Shown: piece after piece, positions 11,971-24,927 of the stretch
Layout of the letters: every line of letters begins with the position of its first letter
Position numbering within the stretch: the stretch's first letter is position 1
DNA from: Podarcis tiliguerta
Lineage: Eukaryota
Length of the DNA: 64,000 nucleotides
NCBI GenBank assembly: GCA_965153285.1
Contig: OZ229115.1
Direction: 5' to 3' (one strand)
The notes under the pieces: model-generated
What the model was told of the DNA's origin: nothing
Database searches by the model: none
What the model saw: only the letters and a program-made list of their open reading frames with translations
Translations under genes and position numbers: made by a program

Positions 11971-13387
11971 TAGGGCACTCTTGGCAGCTGGATGCTTCCA
12001 AGACATTACTACCATTACCCCATCCCCTGCTTCAACTCATAAATCATAGGCTCCTTCCTTACGTCCTTTGGTAGATCAAATCAGATACTGAGTATGACTT
12101 TCATGCATCTCCCAGTTACATTCCATGTGCGTTCTAGAGTGGTCGGATGAAAAGATAGCAGGGTTCTTGCATTTTTAATAGCTGCATAGAAGTGGGAAGC
12201 TCAGTAAATGTAGCTTGCATGACACCAGCTGCAATTCAACTATTAAAAGCACACGAGCCCAAATGTCTTCTTTTGCATCTGAGCGCCCCAGTGCATTCAA
12301 CTAGTGTAGAAAGGCATCACAGGCTGAGCTAAATCTTCCTGTCTCACTCACAGTCAGGATAATTAAATAACAATAGACGGGTGATTTCCCACTCCTTCAA
12401 TGCCTGCTTATGAGCAGAATGGAGATTCTAATCCAGTTTAGGGATTTGTGAATCCTGAGCCAGGGATGGTAATTATTCAGGATTTAAGAAATCCGCAGGG
12501 GTGTGTTCTTCTGTATGAGCCATAGGACTGATGTCCTGGGCCCAGTTCCCAGCTGTCTGCCCTGCCCAGGTTTCTGAAGGAGGAAAACTATCCACAGACT
12601 AAGTGGAAATGTTCTATGTTTCTGGGGCAAGAGCTTCCTAATGGCTGGGGAAAGTGAGCAAAAAGGCAGGTCGGTAGGCGACATTCGGCAAGGTGAAGGT
12701 GAAATGAAAAGCTTTCCAAAGTTACGCTAAGTGTGTGTGAGAGAGAAAGAAGCTATGGTAAGCAAGAACACTTGTACAAAACACACACAATTCCACTTGG
12801 AGCCCACACCCTGTGCCACCCACTATGGGCACACAGCAAAAAAATAATAAGCAGCACCACACCTAGGCCGCCTCCTACTAAGATTATTATTAAAACAGAC
12901 GACAGGGGAGAGAAAGAGAGAGTGAGACTGCATAGCTGAAGAGTCAACAGATCCCACACCTTTGATGGAAATGAGGCCTAACTCCCTCTGTGTGTTTGGA
13001 GCCTGAAGCGTCTCTGTCCCTTTGGGAGTTTCTAACAGGATGCTGAACCCGAACAACCTCATCATTCCCAAAAGTCCTCTTTTAGCTGACAGCTGCTTCC
13101 TGGCACTGTATCGTCTTCAGTGGGAGTTCACAGCATAATCCTAATGCAAGCCATCCCTTCTCAACAAAGAATCGTGGTTGGTTTTTTCCTGGATTAGTTT
13201 AACTTGGTTTCAAAAATGGTGAAAACAAACAAACAAACAAAATCCCCCACTTCTATAAAGGCTGCCTGCCTGTTAAGAACTGCAGGATTATGTAGACAAT
13301 TGGTGAAAGGGATTACAGATGTACATGCCCTCACCAGGGGGAAATTCACTTTTCACCCTCTTGCACTTGATACAGAAAACTCTTTTA

Positions 13388-13661
13388 CAGTGGTGCCTCG
13401 CAAGACGAAATTAATTCGTTCTGTGAGTTTTTTCGTCTTGTGAATTTTTCGTCTTGAGAAGCACGGTTTCCCATAGGAAATGCATTGACGGTTTCCTATA
13501 GGAATGCATTGACGGTTTTAAGAAAAAGGCGCAAGACCTTTTCGTCTTGCGAAGCAAGCCCATAGGGAAATTCGTCTTGCGAAGCAACTCAAAAAACAAA
13601 AAACTCTTTCGTCTTGCGAGTTTTTCGTCTTGCGAGGCATTCGTCTTGCGAGGTACCACTG
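13388..13661. mobile_element. Tc1/mariner-type MITE
   Basis: TA|CAGTGGTGCCTCGCAAGACGAA...TTCGTCTTGCGAGGTACCACTG|TA, with internal TTCGTCTTGCGA repeats. Confidence 0.85.
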
Positions 13662-14030
13662 TACTGTGCAAATTGAAATTGTGTGGCTTTTTGTTATCTC
13701 TGGCTGTAAAGGCTCTCAGAAGAAACCAGTTTGATTCTCAGTGAGGTGGTTTGCTGGCAATTGCCAGTATAGAGGGGAAGTTGCTTTTGAATTACAGCTT
13801 CACCTGCCAGAAAAAAAATGGTCTGGTGACTCTAGTATCAGCAGCACAACATTTTTCTTCCCATCTCCTTCTGGACACTTCTGTGCTCGCAGCAAGGGTT
13901 GCCATGACAGCTGATAGTGACTCCCACCACAAGCAGATTTCCAAGCAGCGCCCTGGATAATTGGAAATGTTGTTTCTGCCCATATTCCCTAAACTCAGGA
14001 GGAGAAGCACCTCAGCAATATTCTCCTTAC

Positions 14031-14153
14031 CACTCCTCTGGAGAGAAAGGCCTTCTCATCCAATCTGAAAGCAGCACCAATTCGACGTCGGACCTTTGGG
14101 GCCACTTCTCCTGGTTTCAGAGGATACTCTGAAGGAAGCAATCCTGTCAGTTC
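14031..14153 (-). CDS. INAVA: INAVA coding exon 3 (123 nt): [41 protein letters not shown]
   Basis: Acceptor TTGACAG|GAA, donor GTG|GTAAGG. Carries the CUPID (DUF3338) signature ELTGxLPxEYPLxPGExxPxVRRRIG. Confidence 0.95.
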
Positions 14154-15512
14154 CTGTCAAGAAAACAGCAAAGGGAAGGTTCAGTTCCTAGAACTGTGTA
14201 TTTTCAGTCACACCCTGGGTCTTCAGAGCATCTTACAAAATACCTGTCTATCAATCTCCCTCTCTAAATAGGATCTCATGCCATTATTTTGTTAGCTTGG
14301 CAGCTTCTTCTTATTTCCTCAGTGTCCCATGACATCAAGTTAACCTCAGGCACAGAAGACAGCCATAGATAGATGCCACACAAAATAACCAGGCCTGAGT
14401 TCATTCCAAACCAAAGCTGCTTTTTTTTAAGTGCAGCCAGATCCAAAATGGACAGTTACTGGATGGGGGGAAATGGGCGGTTCAAAAATTCAAATCATGC
14501 AAAAGTTATAATATGTTAGGTGATGAAAAAAGTGACTGATAAAAATGTGAAAAGTAATTTAAGTCCAGACTCCCGCAGACCAGGCCCTGTTCAACCATAC
14601 CAATTTCTCTTCCCTTTGCCAAAGACATGCCCCACACTCCACTGCTAGCTGGGAGTTCAAGATGCCTCTTGGGTGAAGTTTGTCTATAACACTCTTCTGC
14701 ATTAGTGGGCCAGATTCCCAGTTCTGGGGATTTTCTCCCACCCTTTGTAGGCTTCCAAATGTCATGAAATGTGTCTCTAAGCAAGAAAGTATGTATGTGC
14801 ACGCACACACACACACACACACAGAGAGAAGTAATAGAAAGTTCCGGAAAACATTCCCTAAAACATTCAAGAGAGCAAGGTACAGTTCTGGTGTCCTGCA
14901 AAACCAACCAACCAAACAAAACCCCATTTGTTTTGTACTCTTTTAACTGAGGGTAATAGCAATAGGCTAGAAAGGGTAGTTTATTGTTTTAATTATTTTC
15001 TCCTTGACGCATTAAAATACCACAACTAATAGTGGTTGGTTTGATGGGTTGGTTTTGATCCAGGGGGCCCAGAAAATTTTCTCTGGGAGAAACTTCCACG
15101 TTCAATTTTTAACTATTTGCGGTATCTCAGGTCAGGAGGGAAAAGTTACCTCATCAGATTCACTTGCAGCATATGGCTAGGCTCGCTTAATTAAGCTTGT
15201 TAATTATGGGTTGCTTTAGAAGTTAACGTCTTGAATAATGCAGGAGCAACTCTCCAATGGGGAAAGTGTTCTTGATACAGTCTTTGCCCTTTCTTCGCCC
15301 CCAGATATTTTCTCCTAGTACTACCTTTGGGTTACATTGCCCCTCCCTCATGTCCGAATGTCTTTGATCTCTGAGGAAAGCTTCTCCAGTTTCTGTGAGC
15401 GTCCGAGTCCAAAGAACTACAGCCCTTAAAGATGGACCCTCTTTACTTTAGCAGGACGCCTCCTGCAGCCCAAACGGTGTGTGGCAACCCTGCAGACTTC
15501 CTGGCCCCTTAC

Positions 15513-15637
15513 CGCTTCGCGCAAACACAGCCTGCGCAGCTCCTGCACACAGGCCTCTAGTCGCTCCTCCAGCGCCTTCTGCTGCTTCCTCATAGCTTGC
15601 GTCAGATCCTTCATTGGAGACATGGGGCTGTCTAGTC
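15513..15637 (-). CDS. INAVA: INAVA coding exon 2 (125 nt)
   Basis: Acceptor CTTCCAG|GA, donor GCG|GTAAGG. Encodes DSPMSPMKDLTQAMRKQQKALEERLEACVQELRRLCLREA. Confidence 0.95.
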
Positions 15638-17042
15638 CTGGAAGGGTTGAGACAGACACAGACTGATGACCTGTCAGGTGCTACGGGCGGGAAGGGAAGC
15701 AGCAATATTTAATGACCCATACAGAGATGCCCTTGGGCAACTTTCTGGAGCCAGCTGCAGGTCTTGCGAATGCATCTTAAAGACCGGTGTCATTAGCAGT
15801 TATCATAAAAATGGCATGGGACATCAAAGGAGAGGCTGTCCTGACAGCTCATCAGGTGGGGTATGGAATGTGGACAACAGCCAGGACTGATTAGCTCTTA
15901 CTTCCAAGCTGCAGGCACCTCAAGGTCATCGCAGATCAGATAAGGAGGAGACTCCATGGTGATAGTCCTGATCATTAAGTTTATTACAGAACTAAGCAAA
16001 CAGATTTGCTGCTCTGCTCACAGACCGGAACAAAAAGGAGTCTTTGATATTTGTAAGCCTTAAGACAGCAGTTCCAGAAGATTTTAGCTCATGCTGCTTC
16101 TTCCACAGATCAGAGGCACTCGGCCAGATTGTTGACTCCTCACAAGCCACTTAAAGGTCAGATCTAAACCCACACTAGCTCATTCATACAGGACAATAGG
16201 AGACCATTCCCTCATAAGTGTAGGGGTGGGTGCAGGGTTGTGTGAAACCATACAACACTTTCTGAGTGGTGATGGTAGAAGAAACGTCTCCAGTTTAGAA
16301 CTAACTTGCTAAACTGGGAGCAGTTTCTATTCAGATGTGCCCTGAGATATCAAATAAGCACATGGGGTTGCAAAAGGAATCAGACTAGGAAGTGGATGCT
16401 GAACTCTCCTATTATTTTGTTTGTCTGGATCCCCTGCTGCAACTCCTGCTTAGAGCTGCCATGCACTATAGATCCCAAAGTAGTGCTGTTCACTGGCATG
16501 AGCCCACCCTATGAAAAAAGATTACCATTCCTTGTCTGTACACACAGATAGTTCAAAACCATTAAGAGATGCATCATATGCCATAGCTTCCTACATGAGA
16601 GGGAATCTTGTTGTATATACAACATTGCATCTTAAGTGTGGCCTGATTATTTACTTCTACCACAAGTATGTTGTTCAGCACTTTTACGCTAATTGTTCAT
16701 GGAAGCAGTTTCTAAAGTTTATATATAACTAAGTACAATGATCAGGTATTACTCATGCAGAAAGTATGCCACATACCGGGCAGCCGAAGGATTTTAGTGA
16801 AATAGTCTCCTACGGAGTCATCAGTAGGGATTATGTCCACTTTGCAACACCCCGGATAGTATTCAACTAAGTTTTACTCAGAGTAATCCCAATGAAATCA
16901 ATAAGCATGACTAAGTTAGGTCCATTAATTTCAATGGGTCTACCCTGAGTAAGTTGAACACTACCCTCTGCCTGTATTTCAATGCTACTAATATTTTTTG
17001 AAAAGAAATCTTTTATGATGAGGAACCAGTTATATTACAAGA

Positions 17043-17183
17043 TAGAAACATAGAATTGCAGAGTTGGAAAGGGACCAAAAGGATCATCTAGTCCAACCCC
17101 CTGCAATGGAGGAATATTTTACCCAATGTGGGGCTCAAACCCACAACCCTGAGATTAAGAGTCTCGTGCTCTACCAGCTGAGA
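17043..17183 (-). mobile_element. tRNA(Lys)-like head + CR1-tail SINE
   Basis: Reverse strand reads CTCAGCTGGTAGAGCACGAGACTCTTAATCTCAGGGTTGTGGGTTTGAGCCCCAC...TTCCAACTCT..ATTCTAT. Other copies at 39688-39815 (-) and 43425-43502 (+). Confidence 0.7.
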
Positions 17184-17773
17184 AGCATGGTACTTTAAAC
17201 TGGTTGGGGGAGGGGGAACTGTGGTCTTTCGGATATTGCTGGACTATAGTTCTCATAATCCCTTAACATTGGCCAAGTTGGCTGCACTTAACGGGAGTCC
17301 AACAACATTTGACATGTCACACTCCTGTTTATAAAGCACTAGGATTCCACCATGTAACACCAGTCCCCAAAATCCAAGACCACCCTTGATAGCCCTTGCT
17401 CCTGTCTCCGTGTGTCCACGCAAGATCACACTCTTTTCTGGTATCCTGGGCATCCCCAGCTGAACACTTTGGGCTACATCATAGCCCGGCTAGGACGAAG
17501 CCAGACTGAAATAGAATCAACAAGGAGCCAGCCATGACTAATGAGTCAGAGGGTTCTTTTCACAGCTGTGCTTTTATCTTCGTGCAGCTGTGGTGATGCC
17601 TTCTAGTCTAATCTTCTATGGTAAGTTTACAGGCTTGGGGCAGAAAGAAGACCCCCCACCCACCCCAAACAGTGCAGTCATTCTTGCTTAAACCTGTTGA
17701 CACAGGAACAAATCCAGGAGACGATGCTGGCACTACATGATAATGAGCAGGAATTTCCCCATCCGTCACTCAC

Positions 17774-17828
17774 CTGACTGTACTATGATCCCACTGTCTG
17801 TGTCACTGGTCTCATCCTTACTCTTCAT
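17774..17828 (-). CDS. INAVA: INAVA coding exon 1 (start): MKSKDETSDTDSGIIVQS(G)
   Basis: GCC-ATG context, acceptor CCTCCCTCCGTAG| 9 nt upstream (exon starts at 17837), donor CAG|GTGAGT. Resembles human MESKDEVSDTDSGIILQSG. Confidence 0.93.
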
Positions 17829-20800
17829 GGCCAAGCTCTACGGAGGGAGGCAGTAGGACCACACCTGGAAAGTGCCGTGATGTCTCCTGCTAACACAATA
17901 AGGCAAAGACTGAGGTGTGCTACACACACATTATTTATATAATTATGCCACATCTTCACTCCAGTTCACATACGACCCCTCTATAGAGCTTCCACACGGT
18001 CAGAGCCTCTATGTTGCTAAAGGACCTACCAGTTCCAAAGTTCAGGGCCGGCTCTACGCTTAGGTATAGTGGGGCAACTGCCTCAAGCAGCTGAACTTGG
18101 CCGTCATGAAAGGGCAGCAAATTATTAGCTATTTAATTTCTGGCCGTTGTATTTTGACTGCCAGAAAGTGGGGAGAGAAGCACTTGTGGCTGTTCCCCTC
18201 ACCCCACAATCCTTGAATACTGTGCACCATGACTGTGGGAGGGGCTTTCATTGCTACGTTTTGGGGAAGAAAATGCCTTGGCCCAGTGCTGCAGAAATTC
18301 CTGTAATGATTTTCTTGGTTCTGACTACTACAAGGAGGAAATTCAGGTCCTGGAAGAAGGGAGCAGGCAAGTGGCAATAACAGGGCTGAGAGAAGGCAAG
18401 ATATGGGCTCTCTATCAATTGCTGCAGCAGCTGTCATAAGTGACACATGAAATAGTCACCTAGAAGCATCTGACCATGTGGAGCCTCACTTTAGGGCTCC
18501 TGTGTAAACTGGGCCTTTGGCAAACCCAAACCCAGGATTCCATGCTGCTTATCTATTCAGCAAAGATAAAATATAAAAGCTGGTCTGGGCCACTACAGCC
18601 TGGCTGTTGTGCAATCCAACGCACTATGTGAGACCAAAATTGGCCCACACAGCAGAACAGCAGATGTCTTGGCACTTTGTTTGGGGCACCCAAACAAAGG
18701 CAGGGAAAGCTCCTGTTCAGAAACCCCCATAAACGTCTGCAAATCAACATGCAGGATTATCAATCTTTGTCTGTAACCCTACTGCACAGGTAATATTTAT
18801 CCGATGCATACAAAGTTGGACATTCATATTATAACCCAATTCAAGTGTAGCAGCACACAGAGCATGAACTGTAACAGACACTTGATAATAATTTAGAATT
18901 GATATAGCGTTTTCCTAGTTTTCAAAACACTTTACTTACATTTTTGTTGTTGCACATCACACAGCAACCCTATAAAGTAGGTCAGTGATATTATTCTGTA
19001 TGGCAGATGGGAGGGAGGCGAAGGGCTTGGCCTCAGAGAAAGAGACTTGCCTAAGGCTGCAGAGTGAATTCATGGCAGAGTGAGAAGCAAACTGGGGACA
19101 TCCTGGTTTGTAGCTTGGCCTCTAGGCGCCACCAGCTCTTTATATCTACACCGGAAAGCAGAATTTCTGGTTTGGGGAAAGTTGCGGGGAGGCAGGGGCA
19201 GATTTATTCTTTGGCCTCAGGTCCATGTCTTAGCAGCACTACATAGTCCTTGAAGCAAATATTCATGCTGTGTTCTGTCACAGTTAACTGCAATTTATGA
19301 GGGCTTCCAGAAGGAAACCTGATTGGCAATTCTCAGCTCCCCATGTGCTTGACTAGTTCACCTGCTACTCTTCTCTTTCCTGCTAGGCTGGGAGGGGAAA
19401 CGTTGTGGGGAGCCTCCTCTCAATCCTGGGGGGTGTGCTAAGCAAACAGCTCCTCAGCTCCGGCAATGAATGAAAGGCGCTTCCCCATGTCAAGAATACT
19501 CCTCCATCCTCCAACCCAAGCTCCAGTAACAGAAGACCTGCTCAAGGTCCCATTGCAGATGTTGGGACATGCCATTCAGCAGGGATAGTCTCTTACTTTC
19601 CCTACAGTTGGGGGTGGCTCCAAGCCTACCTCCTGCAGCAAACGCTCAGTGTTTACACGCCACTCCCCTGCCCCAACCTGGGTGAGTCAATTTGAGAGTC
19701 ACACTGAGTTTCTGTCTGGAGCTTATCCTGGCCCTACCAGTCTCCTGGTAAACAAAACGTAAAGGGGGCTGGCCTGGGCGGACAAGGTTCACAGCACTGA
19801 GCAGAGATCTGCTATAGGGCAACACTGCTTCAGACCTTTGTAGATTATTCCTCGCTCCAATCAGGAGATTGTGTGGATGCGAATTTGTTCCTCTGCCTGC
19901 CATCCATAAAACTGAGTTAAGCGACACAGTGGCAATGGCAGAGTGTACTCCCCTCAGAACTACAAAATGCCACAACTCTGCAGCTGATCCCAATGCAGCT
20001 ACGGGAAGGTGGCCAGAAGCAAGAGAGGACAAGGCTGCTGCACTTTCAGTAATTATGTCAAGGAGGAGAGTCCATCAGAAGGTTGTTGTGGACATCCTCT
20101 ATCTGCAAAAATTCCCTCTTCTACCAAAGCTGCCTAGGGAGGCATGCTGAATGTCAGGGTTCCTGTTACTGGGGTTGCTTACAACTGACAAAGGAGGTAG
20201 TGGGGGACGGAGGTTTTGTGGGTGCCAGGGAAAGTCCTAAAGGGCACAATTGTGCCCGCAGGCACCTTACTGGGGATCCCTGTTACTGTGAATATGCCTG
20301 CATAAGCTTCCCATGAACACTAATAAAGTATTGTTCATTTCAGAGCTGTCTATTCACAGCACTCGCAATTCAACAAGGTTGGGTTTTCACTTTGACTTTC
20401 ATAGCAAAACCTATTATATTTCAAAGATCCACAGTAAGACTAGTGCCAAGATGGTCAAGTTTTTTAGTCTAGCTTTTAAAAAAAGGTGGGGAGGAGAGAA
20501 ACAATGCTACATATCTCTTTTCAAAATGAAATATTGTCTAAAGTGTGCATGCTCACATGGGGTTTCTCAAGGCTCACATGTGCTAAATCTCCACATCTGA
20601 TCAATGCGGATAAAAAAATGGGCAGCAATGGGAAATTGCAGGGCCAGGTCAGATGAACAGCAGACAAGGAACACACCTTTGCTGCCTCCATCCATTCTGC
20701 AGATATCACTTACTGCACTTTGCATTTAGTGATGAGATAAGCACATAAGCATGTATTAAGAGCCCTGCTGGATCAGACCATCTAGTCCAGCATCCTTGCA

Positions 20801-21256
20801 TGGGCCAAACAGGTATGAAACCAGCAGGACTTGATCCTGCCCTGTGAACATGTGCCAACACTCCTTTGCCATTACTCTGATTAAGCTTCAAAGTGTTCCT
20901 TCACCAAAGTTGTGCAGTTCATACATCCACAATTTCACACATTCAGACAGATATCACCATGAAACAAAGCAGAAGTTAGTTAACGTGGACAAGGAGAAAG
21001 ACAAGAGCCACCAAGGAAGGGGTGGCTGAAGCAGGACCATGAACTGTGCCTGTTTCCTATTTGCAACATTTCACTGATGATGAAGCCCACCTATGTTCTG
21101 TGATTACAGGCATGACTGGAGAGTGACACTCCAAAGAAACGAAAAGGACAGCCATTCCAAATTCTACTGTATTGCTAAGGGATCAAGTGGCATGAATAAA
21201 GAGAAATATCCAAGCCAAAATCCAGTGGGGAACTGGATCTGGCTGTTAAGTTAGTC

Positions 21257-21517
21257 CAGGGGTCAGCAAACTTTTTCAGCAGGAGGCCAGTCCACTGTCC
21301 CTCAGACCTTGTGGTGGGGTAGTGGACTATATTTTTGGGGTGTGTGTGTGTGAATGAACGAATTCCTATGCCCCACAAATAACCCAGAGATGCATTTTAA
21401 ATAAAAGGACACATTCTACTCATGTAAAAACATGCTGATTCCTGGGCCTTCCGCGGGCCAGATTTAGAAGGCGATTGGGCTGGATCCGGCCCCCAGGCCT
21501 TAGTCTGCCTACCCATG
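21257..21517 (+). mobile_element. hAT-type MITE (family with 3 copies in the window)
   Basis: TIRs CAGGGGTCAGCAAACT / AGTCTGCCTACCCATG; 8-bp TSD AGTTAGTC/GGTTAGAC. Confidence 0.85.
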
Positions 21518-24500
21518 GGTTAGACCCTTATATCCCTATGACATCACAATGACACCAGGTGACCTGTTTTAGCCCACGTGGTTTTTAATCAAACTGCACA
21601 GGCAAAGGCAGAGTGTTTTGCAAGCCCCAATGAAAGGGATGATAAGCCAAACTTAAAGAGCCCTGTGGGAGGCCCCAAAGATCAGCATAAAATCCAGAAC
21701 GCAATTCTACTTGAACAAAGAGATGCAACCTTTGCATACTGAAACTTTTGCAGTCCACGGAAAATAAAAACATAACACAGCATAATAAACTGACGTGTAG
21801 GAATAACATCCAACCAAGCAATAAAGCCACAACCCCTGAATCCTAATCTGCTCTGTAGGGTGAACTGGCTGCAATTTTTCAGTCAACAAAGTTTTCAAGT
21901 CAAGGGGCTTCTGAAGGAAACATTCATTCAAGTCAGTTTCCATTCTCTCCTATTCTGAATTCAAAGACTGACATGATCATCCATGTACACGATAAGGCTA
22001 CATACTTCTAACTGGTCCTTCCTGCCTCCAGTCCCATCCTAAGGACATGTCCAAGCATGTTAAAGCACCACCAAAACTGAAGAGACCCATTCTGATGCAA
22101 GACATTACGTTACCAGGAATCCATGCAGCCCTTAAGTAGGTTATTCCCAGTTTGATTGCAAAAATAAGCAGAGATGCTAGGCAGCTAAGCAAGTTTAGTT
22201 CCAACAATTCACACACACCCCTCCTGAATATATTCAGCTGCCCAATTCCTATCCAAATATTCCAAGTCTACACCCTCTCTTTTGTTCTGCCCGCACTGGG
22301 CTGTTACCCTGCTGACTTGGCCTCTTTAAAGCTGCACAAACAGCTCTCAATGCCTGGGAAAGACGAGAAGAGGGTTGTGCAACATATAAGGCAAGGTCCT
22401 TTAGGCAACCTATGGACTTGTTAGAATCCCGAGACTTCCCAGTTTTCATTTTAAAAAGCACCAGCACATTTCTAACACTCATGGTTGTAGAGAAAAGTGC
22501 AGATATGTGATGGCAAACAACATTTCCAGTGTGGTCCTCTGTGCCAAATAAGCTTATCTCGCCTGTGGATTAGACTCACGCTGCCTGTTTGCTAGCCAAG
22601 AGGAAGTTTGCTTCAGGCAGCCGCTGAGTAGATGCATAAACCTTTCTACCAGAGAAGAACTAGTTTCCCTGGGCACAGAGCCCAGTTTTTATTTAACTCC
22701 TGAGCATGTACGTAATATCAAATATACCAAGCTGGGAAGCAGACTGTGGAATTCCAGGTTCCTTGTAAAAGAGCAAGAGTGGAATAGGAAGTATTGTAAA
22801 AGTTGTCTCGGTGGTCTGTTCTCGTCCAGGTTACCCTCCTCCTGAGTTCCGCTCTAACGAGCAGGAATCACTGGCAAACTCCAAGCATTTCCCAGCAAAA
22901 TCTGGAAGGCAGTTGTGTGCCCTCTGAAAACTTTTAGCACCCAAAGGTGTGTCTGCATGCTCCTGTAGAGAAACCGTGCTCATGCCATAAACCTTGGCGT
23001 CTTGAACCAAAACAAGATGTTTTATAATTGAGTAATCAAACCTCTGTTGTGTTGCAATGGAACCACATGACTCCCCCTCCTCAAGGAAGGGAAATCTCAG
23101 GGTAGGAAGTCAGCTAGACGGAGGGGATGCCAACTCATTATAATCAAATGCATCTATTAGAGCCCCACCACCATCATTATCATTAAAGAAAAGCGACATG
23201 CCAAAACATCTCCCTGCCTGTTGTTTCACTGCTGCAAATAGCTGGGAAAGTGGCTTCCCCGCCCCCCCCCCCAAAAAAGAAGAGGAATATAGCACCAGGG
23301 CTCACTTGTGCGTAACATGCAGTCGACATCTAAGTGCCTGCCCCTCTTCACATTCATGTGTGATGTGGGAGTCACTTTCTTTTGGCTTGATGTCCCATGC
23401 TAATGCACATGGGTGTTGGCACCAGAAGAACCATGTGGGTGAGGCTAATTGCAGGTGACTTTCCCACCTAATTGGTGGCCTGCACACAACCAGCTCAGTG
23501 CATGAATGTCCAATTTCATGTGGAGTTGCAGTAACCAATATGAGGCTAATGGTTATGGGAATCAGCCTCCGTATCCTTCTATGTCTGCAGAATCCCCATT
23601 GGAAGATTAGAAATGCTGGACATGCCTACTCGGGGGAAGCACATTCACCATCAAGCATCGGAGCCAAAATTCCAAAGGGCTGGTGGTGTCCCACCTGCAG
23701 CTCTGCAAAGAAAATTAGTTATCTTCTACGAATTTCTTGCCCAACTACTCAGCCTGACAAAACTCCCTCCGGGATATGTTTGCAGCTTTGACCTACTGAC
23801 ACATACTCAGGGGCTTTCCAGATAACAGCAATGAATAAAGTTTGGTTTGCTTGTTTAAATAAGAGGGGTTATTAGTTGGACTCAGTGGAGCAATGTCCTG
23901 CCTAAGGGTTTGAGAGAAATTATGTTTGGTTCACATTTCAGTTCGAAACTCCCTGTTCCACACTTCCTAAAACATGCAAACTGAAACACAGTTATCCTTA
24001 GAAATTTGGATTTCTCCAGATTTTGTGAAGCAGTTGTCAAGCCAAAGAATGTATCCAAAAATGGGTACATCAGGGAACAGTGTGCATGAAGTGCATATAC
24101 ATGTGAAAACTACATACAAAATGCATTATGTTAGGGATAATTGCTTCCCCCAAAAATGTGTTTAGCAGGGGAGATTTGCACTAAAACGCTGATGAACATT
24201 TATGAGGACTTGAGGAATTTGAAGGAAGAAGCACAGAATAATGAGAAACTCTGGGAAACGGACATTGGCAGATCCATCCATCCTTAGCCCTACTCCCTGC
24301 TCTCCATGCTCAAATTTCAGGGTGGCCAGAGGGGATGATGGTGAGCCTCAGGCCTGGAGGCCAAATAGCTATCATTTTTAGAAGTGGCAGCGAAACTGTG
24401 ATTTAGCTAAAATGCAGGCAGGTGTGGTTTCACCGAAAGCCCCCTACCTGTACTTAGAACACTGCTTTTGTTTTTGAACACAAGATGTTCCAGGGCTGAA

Positions 24501-24744
24501 GAAAATAAGTGTGCAGCCTGGAACTGGGGGGGGGGGGGGAGACTGGTGGTGGTAAGATTAACAAACTGGTGGGACCTGGGTGTGATGAAGCTCTCTTGTG
24601 CTGGAATAATACAGCAAGGGCACATTCTACTCCAGAGAAATAAGTACAGCAGCAGCAACAAAACACACCACCCACCCACCAGTTTATAGAATTGTGCAAG
24701 ACTGGGAAGGGAAATGTGTGGCAGCGTTACTGGGACATAATCTC

Positions 24745-24927
24745 AGAGTTGTGGCTCAGTGGCATAGCACACACTTGACATGTAAAAGGTTCCAAATTCA
24801 ATCCCAGCATCTCTAGGTAGGACTAGGAGAGAGCCCTGAAACCCTGGAGAGCAGCTGCCAGTCCGTGTAGACAGTAATGAGCTAAGCACACCAGTCGTTG
24901 GGCTCAGGAAGCCTCCCATGTCCCTAT
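24745..24927 (+). mobile_element. tRNA-derived SINE (same family as 11657 and 59053)
   Basis: GGCTCAGTGG...TTCAATCCCAGCATCTC...CTGCCAGTCCGTGTAGACA. Confidence 0.65.

Noticed and set aside
13388-13661. Regularly repeated TTCGTCTTGCGA units resembling a CRISPR-like array
   Set aside because: These are internal repeats of a TA-flanked Tc1/mariner MITE in a vertebrate genome.
17120-17183. tRNA-Lys-like gene
   Set aside because: Degenerate and fused to a CR1-type tail, so it is a SINE head. The same applies to the tRNA-like heads at 11657, 24745 and 59053.
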